64,000 nt of DNA from Sphaerodactylus townsendi. Taxonomy: Eukaryota. The position numbers and the translations under genes were made by a program. Below, piece by piece: positions 24,201 to 37,309 of the stretch. Where the stretch lies: NCBI RefSeq assembly GCF_021028975.2, contig NC_059436.1, forward strand, positions 31,372,001-31,436,000, given 5' to 3'. The notes below the pieces were generated by a model, which made no database searches, was not told where the DNA came from, and saw only the letters and a program-made list of their open reading frames with translations. Each line of letters opens with the position of its first letter. Position 1 is the first letter of the stretch.

Positions 24201-25138
24201 TCTCAGGGTACATTATTTGTCCCATTTTAAAGCTACTTGTGCATCCTCCCACCCCATGGACCACGTAACACCCTCCTGGAGCTATTTTGGCTCAGGAAAA
24301 TGGCACAGCAGGGAAAGCTGACTCATTTGTGAAAGTCGTGTTTTGTTTGGCTCTGGCTTCCCCTCGTCCAAGGGGAGGCTGACTCATGCCCACGACCAAA
24401 GCACCTTCCAAGACCCCCTTTTTGTCCAGAAGCCACACACTTTGCCTTAAAATTGCTTGCAGAAATACATTCTCTCTCTACTCCCCTGCCAATCTCCACC
24501 AGCAGGCGGAACAGGTGAAAGAAGGCAATTATCATAAAGGAAGCTGCAATAGGCAATTTTATAAAGTTGTGTTTATTCTCTGGGCACATCAGAATCTTTC
24601 AATTTCATCGTCCTCCCGAGATTCTATCTATTTCCTTCTCCATTTGGAGAGGCGGCTGTTGAGCACATATATAATGGGCCTGGTTTATTTCTAAGCAGTG
24701 CTTCGGCTCTTCCACCAAGCCCCTTCCAATCAGCCACCTGAGCAAGCAAGCGCACAAGTCTGTTATTTTATTTTTCTTTTAGTCAAGGAAACCATTCTGT
24801 TCCTCTTGCACCTGGACTTGCCTTAACCCCATCATTGCCGCTGCAATGAAGAATCAAGAGAAGATGGCCTGAAACAGCGTCCGCATTCATTGACACACAC
24901 ATAACGGAACTTCTCTTATGCCTTTAGATTTGAAAGGCCTGTTACTGAAGTTGCTGGCCTTTGCCTGAGCCAAATAAATATCTTGCAAGATCCCCAGAGT
25001 TTCAGTGTGTTGCTAAAGTGAAACAAAAGAACTCCATCCCTAACCTACACGCTCTAAGAGTCAGGTTACATGATATACCCAGCATGTTTCAGGTCACAAG
25101 TGTGCAGCTGGACTTGCAGTCAGACATACACTAAGATC

Positions 25139-25670
25139 CAGTGAGGTGGTGAAGCCCACATGGCACAGGAGTGCCAGAGGGTGGCCTCAGGAAGCCCTCT
25201 CTGTGGAGCGCTTGCACAAAAGGAGTGCCCCCCCTACACAACTAGGCTGGCCTGGACCGCTGGGCTCAATTATTAGCATTAAACCTAAGACCTAGTTTTG
25301 GGGAAGGAGGGTAGGTAACCCTGTTAAGTGCTGTTAAACCCCACTGATTTTTTCGTATAGTCGAAGGAACTAAAAAAGCACTATCCTTTACCTGGAAGGA
25401 AACTCGGTTGCTGGCAATGGGGCTTGCTTCTGAGTAAACCCTCCTAGGGTCGTGATTCCCCCATTGGAAGAGTTGCACGGTTGCTTCAAAGCAAAGCCAC
25501 CGACTACCACCAAGCTTACTCCTGAGTAACACACGCCTCGGAGCCAACCATTTTTTCTAAACTGAAACCTCAGTATTCAGGTTAAATTGCCGTGTTGGCA
25601 CTTTGTGATAAATAAGTAGGTTTTGGGTTGCAATTTGGGCACTCGGTCTCAAAAAGGTTCGCCATCACTG
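25139..25670 (+). mobile_element. Non-autonomous hAT transposon, same TIR family with a different interior
   Basis: Right ~120 bp nearly identical to 21090-21205. Flanks cactaagatc and cactagat form an imperfect TSD. Confidence 0.8.
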
Positions 25671-28269
25671 CACTAGATGGCCGGACATACACTTGATATA
25701 CTAGTCAGACATACACTCACCTCAAAGGGGGGGCATTCATTCAGTTCTGCAAGGGGGGAGCTTCAGATTTCCCTCCAAGCCTTTCACCAACAGTGGGATG
25801 AAAGAGCTGAGCGGGGGGGGGGGGGGGGGTTCTCCCTTTTTTTTCTCTGACTCCATGAGCCCTAAGAAGGCAAAATGTCCCATCCATACACACTGCCCTT
25901 CCTGCTGGCAATAGCAAGGTGCTCCTTCACAGTACCAAGTGAAGAGGCAAAGGCATGTACCTCCTGTGTACATCTGACTGCAAGTCTGGCTGCGCACCCA
26001 TGTTGTGCACCTATAACATCATGTAATTATACCCTGTGAAAAGCAGCTCACCATGTGAAGTGTGCCAGTGCGACACCAGCCCAAGCAACTAGTCTCTGGG
26101 TCTGATGAGTTGGGGGTGAGGAAAACCCCATCGCCACTTTTGTCTGACATGTGACTGCCATTCACTCACAACATAGTGCGGGTGGGGGAATGGCTTCTGT
26201 GTGCCTGCACAGGGGCAGGAGAAGCTTTGGCACTCCCTCTCTTCTAACTAGTATGCTTTTGAAAACAAAAAAGGACCATGCGGGGGAGGGCGGGGGCTGC
26301 TATTTCTGCTTTTCTGCCCAGGAAACCTGTGGAGCCAGCCGTAAAGTGCCACAACCTTCTTCTGCCATCTCTCCCCCCACCCACCCCCGTATTTATTTGC
26401 TCACAGCTTCAGCAGATTGGCTGCCGCATCTCTTTCCCTCCCTTACTTGCTGCATCCTCTCCTTCACTCATTCACCCATTGGCTGTGGCTCTCTTCTGTT
26501 CATCTGCCATGGCCACTGCCTCTTTCGTAGCCAGCCGTGTTTGTGGGTTTGCTAAGCGCCACTCAAAATTATAGCAGGGATCTACAGATGTTGCTTTTCT
26601 TCTCCAGTTATTATAGTTTGATCTAGATATAGATGGATTTTAAAAAAACTGCTAGTTTTTTTTTCCATTTGTGGACTTTTCAGCAAATTTGGGGGTTCCA
26701 CCAGGCTTGCTGAAAACCTGTCTATCTTTGCCATTGTGGTGTAGTGGTTAAAGTGCGGGACTAGAACCAGGCTGAAATCTCCACTTGTGCCATGGAAGCT
26801 TGATCAGTGACCCTGGACCAATCACATACTCTCAGCCATGGCCCTGGCTAGTATTTGGATGGGAGACCACCAAGGAATTCCAGGATCCTGGCAGGGAGAC
26901 AGCCAATGGCAAACCACCTCCAACCATCTCTTGCCTACAGGGTCACCATAAGTCAGCTGTGACTTGACAGCAAAAAAAATCTGTGTGGATCTTTTGACTT
27001 ACACTGAAGGAGAAGGGGCACTATTTAGAATTAAATATAATGATAGACATGATCGCTTCCCAAACACAAATACTGCAGAGTGGCTTGACCTCTCCTTCTA
27101 CCCAGACCTACAATTGACTCTCTGGTGTCAGTTCTCCATCTGAGTACTCAGGACATCTGACTTCCTATTTCTGGTGCCTGCCAGCATCTACCACAACTGT
27201 CTGTTTGGCGTCTGAGTCATACTTTGGCTTAGCAGAGTGATTCTATCTCAAGATCTAACATATTTTCCCTACACCCGTTTCTGCATCAGCGTTCTGGAGG
27301 TTTACATTCACAGCAGTACCTCTGCTGCCAATGTCCCACATCTACTCCTTTCAAGTTCCTAGCTACAACACTGCCTAGGAAATATGAGCTGCCTTGCATG
27401 CCTCCATTACGCATTCTTGTTAGCACTAAGAAGTGCAAACGTGAGGACAAATTGTGAGATACAGATGGAGATATTGGCTCTGGCACGTGTTGCTAATGCT
27501 CTGCGAGCCATATTTAGGAGACAAGTGAGGGGCAGTTAAGGCTACTAGTGAACATGCACATGTCTATAGCACAGGGACCCTCAATGTCCTCACTGGTGTC
27601 CATTTGCTTCTTGGGGATGGAGAAGGGGAAAAACAGCTACTAGAGGGAGTGCAGAGGTTTACCAAATTGGGGGTGAGGACGCTAACTTTTATTATGTATT
27701 GCTTATGGTTTTGCTTGTTTTATGGAGTTTTTAAGCTTATTTTATGGGATGGAGACCTATGTGTTTATATTTGGTAATACGTAATAGCTCCTGTGTGTGA
27801 TGTTTTAGTGAATGTTGTTGTTCACCGCCCGAGCCCTTGAGAGGATGGAGGCGATATAGCTCAAATTAAATAAAATAAATAATAATATGTAATAATAATA
27901 GCCATTAATAATAATATCATAGCTGCATGCAGCTTGGCCGTATGCAAAGCTGGCCAAAAACAGACTTTTGAAAGTCACTGGATCTAGAAAGCTATCTGCA
28001 GCTATATAGATAGGAAACCCCAACCTTTCAAAATTGAAAACAAACAGCGTCTCTTCTACAAAAAAAGGAGATGGCCCTGGCTTTCCACCACATATAGCAC
28101 AAGAGTTATTTCAGGGGAGCCAAGGAGGCATCACCTTGGCATCAGCAGGGAACACCCATTCAGAAGCCTTTAGCCTGGAGTGAGGCTTGACTTGAACATT
28201 TCCAATATCTTATCAACACTTTGAGATTGGTCCTGTATCCATGGCAGCATTTTTGTGGTGGCACCTCAC

Positions 28270-28570
28270 GCAGTAGAAAACTGGGTTTGATTCCCCGCTC
28301 TGCCACTTGGGCTGTGGAGGCTTATCTGGGGAGGCTTATGGGGGCACCTCAGATAAGGAAAATAGTCTAGATTTGCCTGTGCACTCTAACACACACCAGC
28401 TGGGTGACCTTGGGCTACTGAAGGAGCACAGCTCTTCGGAGCTCTCTCAGCCCCACCCACCTCACAGGGTGTTTGTTGTGGGGGGGAGGGTGGAGAGGAA
28501 AGGAGATTGTAAGCCCCTTTGAGTCTCCTTACAGGAAAGGGGGGATATAAATCCAAACTCCTCCTCCTCC
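28270..28570 (+). mobile_element. Squam3-like SINE, 5'-truncated, with a short foreign insert
   Basis: Matches the 6815-7124 family except for extra bases at ~28333-28366. Confidence 0.85.
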
Positions 28571-29823
28571 AAATTCAAAAAGTGTCTACATGTTCAACAG
28601 AGTCAGTGACCATCTAAAAATAATTCACAAGCCCAGTCTGAAGTATCACAGTCTAGGTCCCTGTACTTTTAGTAATGATAGCATTTGTACTCTGCTTAAC
28701 ACGAGCATGGGACATGGTAGATCACACCATCTTTATTAACCTTCCAAAAGTAGCTTGAGAGAAGCCATGATCCAGAACTGGAAAGTGTTCTTCAGCTCAC
28801 GTCCCAAGAGGTCAATGGCTGGAACCAAAGCCTGAAATGCAGTAGACGGAAGGTCCTATTCAGCCGACCAGGCCAAATTCATAGCCTTTGTGTTGCACCT
28901 GGCCACAGGTCCAAATTTTCACCAGTTGTAGAAGCTGATGTTGCACATACAGCATCCTCAGATAAATCTTATGTGCAAACTAACAGCCTGTTCAAGCCTG
29001 AGGGACCTGTGTGTGTATTACACATTTTATGAGTCCATCTTGGATCCCATCAGACAGACAAGTTCCCAGATGAAACTTAGATTCTCAGACATGGGGATTA
29101 TAGTGTTTGGGGCAAGGAGAGTTTAGGGATCATAGCATTTAAAGCAACTCTATGCCAATAAAGGCTTGCTGTTGCTGCTGCATTTAAAGCAAGGAGCCTG
29201 AAGTTTCCCCCTGGACCATCTCCTTGAATCAGCCCCAGAAGGCACTATTTGTCCTGTTGGGGAAATGTATATGTACTGACAGACCACATGTAAGTTGCCC
29301 AGTGGGACAAATAGCTCTATGGGGGCACTTCAGATAAGGAACATATTTCAAGGTTGAGCCCCTTCTTCTCACAGATCACACTTCTCATCTGAATTGGGCC
29401 CTGACATGACTCAGAATCTAAGTTTCAACCAGGATCTCCTAGAACCCAATGGCTGGACAGGATCCAAGTGTATCTATCAGCGGTGACACGCATAGTTAGG
29501 TTTTGTGTCCTTCAAAATAGGATGCAGGCATCATATCAGATGAATTCATCCAGCGATTTGTAACACACAGTTATGGCATGCAACCCCACCCCTCCCTCCA
29601 CCCCCTCTCTAAGGTGGGTATACATACTAAGAAGCAAACTAGAGGAGCACCTGCACTCTCTTTCTAAAAAGCAACTCACAGAGGGACAGGAGGGTTTCTT
29701 TCTGCAAGTCCCACATCTGCTTTACGCCCCAGAGTCCATGTTTTTCTTCTTCCTTGCAATGAATCTGGGACTGTGTGGAAGGGGCCAGTGAACAAATCAG
29801 CACACAATTTGCATCTGGTTATC

Positions 29824-29829
29824 TTTATT
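29824..29829 (-). terminator. Candidate polyadenylation signal (AATAAA) of GFRA2
   Basis: Plus-strand tttatt; minus-strand context AATAAAgataaccagatgcaaattgtgtgctgatttgtt. Confidence 0.55.
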
Positions 29830-30947
29830 TTAGCTATTGATTAAGCATTCTGGTTGCTCCTCTTTTGCCATCGCCCCAGAGTCAACGGGGTGGCGAAGAT
29901 CCGTGTATTGTCCCGGGGGGTGGTTCCCCACCCCTGCCCCCATGGTAGACTGTTTACAAAAAAATAAACTTTACAATAATACACTTTTGTTGTTGATACT
30001 GTTGTTGCTTTTTATCATTTAAAAAAAGGAAAGGAAAAGAAAAGAAAGCCATTTGGTAAATGTATATGGTTATGTATATACATACATATATGGAGATATA
30101 GGTCTCTGTATATATACATATGCTAGATATGTATATAACCAGTGGGAAGGGAACTCTAGAGAGTAAAGTACATTTGGCTGCCACACATGGCTATTTCCAT
30201 CCCACCAGAATTCTAATGAAGGGAAAAAAGACTTCCCCAAGGACATCACTCTGGGGCAACCGTACAACAGAGGGTGCTTTTTTCCACTCTGATTTTAAAA
30301 CATTAGAAAACAGTGTATAATGGGGCAGAAGTAATAGTAGAAAGAGACTCTCCCTAAAAACCGGCAAATGTTCTCCTTGTTTCACAAGGGACGGCTGTGT
30401 TCAGTGGCAGGATTTCCAGCCTGTTGGTTGCCACAGCGGCAGAAGACCAGGATCCTGCTCAAGTCTTCATCTGACTGAAGGATCCCCCAAGATGCACTGG
30501 AAAGTTAAGACACTTCTGTGGGTCCCCTGGGGATCAATGAAAGCCAGATCTGATTTAGGGCAGGAAGGAAACCAAATTCTCAAGCAGCAGAGAAGGACTG
30601 GATGAGGGTGGGCGACTAGACAAGGGGATCGCTGCCTTTGGCTCTGCAGAGCAATGTGACAAGTCGAGATTCTTCCGGTGCACTCTGCTAAGTCTCCCCA
30701 ACGCAGACGCATCCATTTCTGGCTGATTCCAAAGGCAGTTGCATTTTTCCAATATACAGGATTCCCTTTTGACATGACTCCTGCTTAGGACACTTGAAAC
30801 AAACAGTGCTTAGAAAGGAAACAAGCCAAAATTCCCAGGCTGGGGTCTCCCCACATTTTCGGGTCGCACTCTGTGTAGCTCTTCTTGCAGAGTTTAAACG
30901 TTCCTGGCGCAAACCTCTGCAGATGTTATGCCTTCTCAAAAGTCGAC

Positions 30948-31138
30948 NNNNNNNNNNNNNNNNNNNNNNNNNNNNNNNNNNNNNNNNNNNNNNNNNNNNN
31001 NNNNNNNNNNNNNNNNNNNNNNNNNNNNNNNNNNNNNNNNNNNNNNNNNNNNNNNNNNNNNNNNNNNNNNNNNNNNNNNNNNNNNNNNNNNNNNNNNNNN
31101 NNNNNNNNNNNNNNNNNNNNNNNNNNNNNNNNNNNNNN
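30948..31138. other. Assembly gap (N run) inside the GFRA2 3'UTR
   Basis: 191 N. The right side abuts tgtgtatgtgta, which suggests a collapsed TG/CA microsatellite. Confidence 0.99.
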
Positions 31139-31197
31139 TGTGTATGTGTATTTCATTTTGTTCCCCCTTGAGCATCCTCAATCCATTTTTTTTCCTT

Positions 31198-31326
31198 TTA
31201 TAATGCCACTTTCACAAAGAGGAAGGGGAGAGCAGAGAGGGTTCCAGTAATGGAATGTCGGCTGCTGGATCTGTTTTTGTCCACAAACGTCTTCTGTTCT
31301 GGCATGAGATCGGTGGTCAGCGATTT
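31198..31326 (-). CDS. GFRA2: GFRA2 terminal coding exon, GPI-anchor signal
   Basis: Acceptor ccttttcaccccccag|AAA. Encodes KSLTTDLMPEQKTFVDKNRSSSRHSITGTLSALPFLFVKVAL*, with TAA at 31200-31198. Small-residue cluster followed by a hydrophobic C-terminus is typical of a GPI signal. Confidence 0.93.
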   Translation of the reverse strand, partial: KSLTTDLMPEQKTFVDKNRSSSRHSITGTLSALPFLFVKVAL

Positions 31327-32460
31327 CTGGGGGGTGAAAAGGAGAGGCAAGAAAGACAGGATCAGCTCAGCAGTTTCCTTGATGGGTCTGCACATTTACG
31401 GAAAGGGTTGTTTCTGCCTTTGCACAGGAAAGTATTCCAAAAGGAGTAGTCATGTTAGGCAGACAAACTTCCTGGTTCTGCTGCAAAGGAACTGACACCG
31501 GTTGTAGCTTTGACTGACATCAGAGGCCACCTGAAGGGAGGAACTAATGTGGAAAACTTGGCATGACTGTAGCTGGTCTCACCTCATTGCTAAACCAAGG
31601 GAATGGTTTCAGACTCAACCACGCGGGACAGCCAGAGTCTTTATCACACCCAGCAGTGAACCAGGCAGATTCAAGAGATCAGCAATGACAAAGGCGCAGA
31701 TCTCTCTATGACCAAGAATGGCCAATTCAGGATCTGGAAGATCCTGGACTGCATCTTTTAATTTCATCTAAATCGCAGATGCTACCTTTTATCATATTGT
31801 GTTGGGCGTGACCAAAAGCAAGGGGAATATTGGATTATGATACATGATGAAATGCACAAAGATATTGAAAGTCAAGTTTGTATTAGATCTGAAAAACAAC
31901 TTACGAAATACTTTGCCAAATAATTACCAAAAGCGTAGAATGAACGGTGGGGCAGCCCCATCCAAAGCCCTCGGCAGCAGGATGCAGAGTCTCTACAGGA
32001 TTGTCCTGCTGCCTCCAAAAGGGTTTTCCAGTGGCACAGGAAGCGAAAAAAATGCAACCCCCTCCCCACACATTGCAGGACAGCCCTCCATAGGTCTTAC
32101 AAGACTTACAAGTCTGAAGGCCAGGGCATTACGTTCCCAGCCTTAAACCGTGGGTGGGAGCCAATTAACATTAGCTCCACACTGGGAATCCCCCAGCCTG
32201 CCCTGCCAAATGCTGGCATCCAATTTGGATGCCAGTGCAGCCGCTCATGGCCCAGACATCTGGGTTTTGTGGCAATGGGGCTGAAGAGCATCTGCCTCCT
32301 CCGCCACAGTAAGTGCCCCAGGGAGATCAAAAGTGCACAGTGCAAGGCTGCCCTGTTCTCTCAAGGCCTTCTTACACCCCCAATGAGGCTGTAAATATAT
32401 GGTGACAGCAGATGCAGCAAGATGGAAAGCAGACCATCACTCAGATCTTACTGAATGGAT

Positions 32461-32568
32461 CAGGGGTCTGCAACCTGCGGCTCTCCAGATGTCCATGGAC
32501 ATGCTGGCAGGGGCTGATGGGAACTGTAGTCCATGAACATCTGGAGAGCTGCAGGTTGCAGACCCCTG
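32461..32568. mobile_element. Palindromic hAT MITE
   Basis: TIR caggggtctgcaacctgc; perfect 8-bp TSD gaatggat. Confidence 0.9.
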
Positions 32569-34694
32569 GAATGGATGAACAAACTAATGGAATAGTCAAC
32601 AATGACATTAACCAGGGACTACAAGGGTCACATGTACTAGAATAAAATGTTTTATTTAGATCTTAGGTCTTATTTAGACTTGAAAATTCCAATCAGAATT
32701 CAAGAAGTTATAAGTTCAGATGCAGAGGCGGATGCAATGGGGACATCCGGGGCAGCTCGTCCTGGGCATCGCCATTGTAGTCACGGAGGGGGCGTGGTGG
32801 GGATGTGGCAGGGGAGGACATGTGGGAATTCATGACCCAGTGCAGTTTCCTCTCCTATTATTTAGAGGTTTAAAAATCCCCCTCTCATATTTTTTTTAAT
32901 TCATACTTTTCTGCAAACTGGGGCTTTCCCCAGGTTTGTAGAAATATCTGTCTTGTCTGTTCACGGCTCCAATCTTCGAACTAAACGGTCCATGGATTTG
33001 GCTTCACTGAAAATTAGATATAGTGATTCTTTTCAGCAAGGAATGTACATGGGAGGTAATAAGAGTTAAATGTAGGCTGCCAGGTAGGGTATTAAAGCCC
33101 AGGACCTGTAGGATGGTGTTTTAGAAGTGCTACAGGTTCAGAAGTCTCAATGCGTGGAAGAGACAGTGTTGTTAGAAAGAACTTAGATTTATGAGAAAAG
33201 TGGGTGACATTTTGGGACAAACTAAGAAGTTACGGAATGGATGGGCTTCGACTGAACCAAAATGGAACCAGGATGCTTGCAGTTAGCATATAAAAGGTTG
33301 AGAACAGCTTTTAAAGTTCCTCTGGGAAACGCTGACAGAAGTAGTGGAGCTTCCTGTTCAATTAACTCATCCCCAGAGGATGATAGTGAAAATTTGTCAG
33401 ATCATCTTAGTAGAGGTAGAATAAATTGTGGAGGAGTCTACAGTAGAAAATGGCCCCACCCCAAGGAGCCTGAGAACCCAATCCAGAAGGGCTACCCCAC
33501 CGGATGTGGCATCGGCTCGCACCAACAGAGATGTCCACCCTGCCAGCATAAGAGGCACCCCTGCTGGTGGTGAGGGCACCCACACCTCTAGGGGATGCCA
33601 TGGAGTTTTGCAGTGCCTGCTACTGGAAGTGTGAGTGGTCATGGCTCTCATCTGCAGGCTGACAGGGAAGGAGGCATTCTGGGAGTGGACCCAGAGGTGG
33701 AACCTACTGCAGGTGGCTTCCACCAGGCTTTCAGCCCCTGAACGACAACACGGTCGGCTCCAAACTTGCACCATAATTTTCATGGCACAAGTTCCTTTCC
33801 CTATGGGGTTTCTTGGGGGCAGGAGGATTTAATGGTTTTCCTCCTGCCTGTGCCACCAGGGAACCTAATAGGAGGAGAGTTAAAGAAAATAATATATATG
33901 GAGAGAGTGTTTAAAAAGGGACGGGAGATTGGTGTTTATATACCAATGCTAGAAGCCTCCAAGCCAAGATGAGGGCACCAGAGCACTTTTCATTTATTTT
34001 TATTAAAATAGTTATAACCTACCTTTCCTCTGTGGCTTAAGCTAGTTTACAGAGCCAAATATGAAACAAAATACAAAAACAATCCTCTTCAAAATGACTG
34101 CTGTCTCAACCACACAAAAAAAACCCCTAGCAAATAAAATAACATTGAATCACCTCCTAAAATCTTCTAGAGATGCCCCCACCTCTTTAGGGAGCCAATT
34201 CCACAGCTTAGGAGCATCTATAGAAAAGGCATCGCTGGTCAATGCCAGGTGACCAGTGCTACCTTAAGAAGCGGAATAGTCAATAGATAGTTACAGTAGG
34301 GCCATAGTAGGTACACAGGGCTATTTATACAATTGCTTTTATTAATGCATGTATTCAATGGGACGTCACCATGATCAACCCCAAGACATCCCTAGACCTC
34401 ACCAATGATTCCCAGGGTCTAAGATATCAGGGACCTGGTAACCCTGCCCACCCCCACCTCCCAGTGTACTTATGCACCCTTGCCACAGCATTTCTGACTA
34501 GGGGCCTATCCAGGAATAACAGTAGACCTCTAAGTAGAGCTATATCCTTCTAAGTCTGTTGACTTCAACTCAGCACTTTAACTGTTCTTGGAAACAGCCA
34601 TTTGTCATGTCTAAAATATTCACTCTTTCTGTGCCCAAGAAGATTTTGCCATCTAGGCTGAGCTTTCCCCTTCTGCTTAGCCCCACCTGTTGAC

Positions 34695-34916
34695 TAGGGT
34701 TGCCAGCTTTGGGTTGTGAAATACCTGGAGATTTGCGGGGAGAGCCTAAGGAGGGCAGAGTTTGGGGAGGTAAAGGACTTCAACTGGGTATAACACCAAT
34801 TGGGTATAACACCTTCCAAAACAGCCATTTTTCTCCAGTGAACTGATTTCTGAGACCTGGAGGTTAGTTGTAATAGTAGGAGATCTCCAACCACCCCCTG
34901 GAGACTGACAACTCTA
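34695..34916 (+). mobile_element. TAGGGTTGCC-type non-autonomous DNA element
   Basis: Ends tagggttgccag and tgacaactcta; homologous to 4332-4539. Confidence 0.75.
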
Positions 34917-35199
34917 TGATTCACTGATGATGCTATTTAAAAAAGCTTCAACCTGGAGGTACTTCATTTTGCTTGTGGAGACAGTGGCCCCTTCCACACA
35001 TGCAGAATAATGCACATTCAGTTCACTTTCACAATTGTTTGAAAGTGGATTTTGCTATTCCTCACAGTAAAATCCAGCTTCGAAGTGAATTAAAAGTGGA
35101 TTGAAAGTGCATTATTCTGCATGTGCGGAAGGAACCTTAGGGAACACATTGCTGGAAGGAATAGGACAAGCAACAAGAGCTTCTTTAAATTCCTTAGAA

Positions 35200-36730
35200 A
35201 CAGAACAGGTGAAACTGATGGACCATTAGATGTGAACTAGAGAAGCTGATAAACTGGACAAATCCTTTGCTTCTGCCTTCATATGGAAGATATTGGGCAG
35301 GCACCTGTCTCTGAAACAAATTGTTCAGAGGTGTGAAAAGTTGCTGGGAGTCCCAAAAGAAGTTCTAGGACCAATTGAAAGAATAAAAATTAGCAAAAAT
35401 TAGCAAAAAGCAAAAATTAGCAAATTAGCAAGTTCTAGGACCAATTGAAAGAATAAAAATTAGCAGGTCCAGATTTTATGCATCCAAGAATTCAAAAATG
35501 ACACTGCTGATGTAACATCAGCCTCTGTGCAAAAATAGTGGAAAATAGTCAATATCACCATTGTTAATAAAAGGAGGAGGGATTATAGACCAGTTAGCCT
35601 AATATCTATGCTAGGTGAAGTGAAAAAAAAAAACACACAGAAGAATAAGCCTTGCTGAACGGGAATTAGGATTGCTTTTGCAAAGTGAAGCCCAATCTCA
35701 GGATTCTTTGAAAGTGGCAACAAGTATGTAGACAAGGATGACACTGTACACTTGGATTTCCATAAAGCTTTCAACACTATGGCCCTTTCCGCACACGGGC
35801 GGAAATGCATCTCCACCGGCATAATTTATGCCAGCGGAGGCTAAGGGACTGTTCGCATACTAGCGTGCGCACAGCCCTGATGTCCCCTGCAGCCGGAGAG
35901 GTGGCTCCGCGCAGAGCAGCCTCGCGATGGTCTCCCCCCACTCATCTTCTTTTGCAGCGTCCCTCTGGAGGACTGCTTAGACCCCGCTCACACTGCCCTG
36001 CGACCTCCAGAGGTCACAGGGCAGTGTGGGCGGGTCTCTGCAGCCCTCTAGAGGGACGCTGCAAAAGAAGGTGAGTGGAGCCAATGGGGAAAGCAGTGGC
36101 TTCCTGGCGGTGCGGTTCACACCACACCTCTGGAAAGCCGCTGTTTCTCAATAACCTTGCACTTTATTTAAGCTGAAAGGTTTCTTTAGGGAGTGCGGGC
36201 TTCATGTCAGCCTGGGGAAAGCACCAGGACACGTAGCTGCTGCACTAGCCAGCATGTAGCGTCCCTGTATGCTAACGGGTCTCCCAAGGGACCAGCTGCG
36301 TTTTGCCATCCCTGGGATGCTGTATATGGCCCGTGCAGAAAGGGCCTATGCCTCATTAAAAAAAACTTCTGAGTAAATTTAACAAGAGATAATAGGACAT
36401 GAGCTAACACTGATTGGTAACTGGTTACAGAAGAGAGAAAATAAACTGAGTTTGTGCAATAGAAGAATGTGAGCACCAGAGTTCCTGAGATATCTGTGAC
36501 AGGGCTGGTGCTATTTAATTTACTCAGAAAGGATTTGGAACTGGGAATGAGCAGTAAGGTACGAGTGTTTGCAGGTGACACCGGAATGTTTGTGTTGGTG
36601 GAGAAAAGGACTGTGAGGAAGTTTCCAAAGGATAGCTTCAAATAGGGTTGGGTGGGCAAACGAAATGGCAGATAAAATTAAACGTAAATTCAATTTCACT
36701 TACATACTGGTTAATGGCAGTGAAAGAGCA
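35200..36730 (+). mobile_element. Old degraded CR1 LINE ORF2 fragment
   Basis: RT-region relics gattatagaccagttagccta (~NYRPVSL), ttggatttccataaagctttc (~LDFxKAFD) and tttgcaggtgacacc (~FADDT). Split by a MITE. Confidence 0.75.
35781..36346. mobile_element. 566-bp Harbinger-type MITE within CR1
   Basis: TIRs ggccctttccgcacacggg and ccgtgcagaaagggcc; 3-bp TSD tat; internal palindrome ~35935-36078. Confidence 0.85.
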
Positions 36731-36810
36731 AGAAAAAGTCATTGAAGTTGTGATGTATTGCTTGCCAAACACATCATCTAGGCCTGGCTCCAGCTGCCAG
36801 AAATACCTAC

Positions 36811-36864
36811 CTCTGGGAAGCAAGGACTCTGCTCTTTGGACTTGTTTAGCTTCAGCACATGTTC
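36811..36864 (-). CDS. GFRA2: GFRA2 54-bp coding exon (equivalent to human exon 8)
   Basis: Its frame is absent from the ORF track; found by reading. Acceptor ttctgtctccacag|GAA, donor GAG|gtaggt. Encodes EHVLKLNKSKEQSPCFPE, resembling avian EHGQKLNKSKEQSLCYSE and human EQGLKANNSKELSMCFTE as recalled. Phase 0-0. Confidence 0.93.
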
Positions 36865-37309
36865 CTGTGGAGACAGAATAAGACTGGCATTGAAGCAACA
36901 CAAGTATGGGCTGGGGCAGACCTCCATCTCAGAGAGAAGCAAACCACACTACACAATTTAAGACACACTGCACAAACCCTGTTTCGGTGGTGAAAGAGCT
37001 GCTACAAGAAAACTATCAAGCTATTACCTGTTGATCTCACTCAGATCCCTGGAGTTATAAAAGGGGGGCTTATTTGCCCGGCACCAAGCAGGATTTGTTT
37101 GTGGAGGAGATTTAAATAAAAGCACAAAAATAGACATTCAGAAACTAAAGCTTTCCCCATCATTACAACGTCATGTGGGGAAAAAAACACCTTAATCTGC
37201 CTGTCGTGTGGAAAAATACTGGTCACCTGATTCCCTGACATGGTAAACACATGTCCAAAGCAACAAGGATTGTGACTCAATCTGTTTATCTCAAGAATAT
37301 ACAAGAGAA

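Larger units (their letters stand above)
29800..31197 (-). other. GFRA2: GFRA2 3'UTR (predicted)
   Basis: Repeat-free sequence after the stop codon. AU-rich block near 29955-30140. AATAAA on the minus strand at 29829-29824, followed by a GT-rich downstream element. The 3' end is approximate. Confidence 0.65.

Noticed and set aside
30794-31250. ORFs spanning X runs
   Set aside because: Artefacts of the N gap.
35362-35465. Local tandem duplication in old CR1, plus short repeats at 7328-7375 and 46890-46955
   Set aside because: Ordinary slippage duplications with no sign of function.
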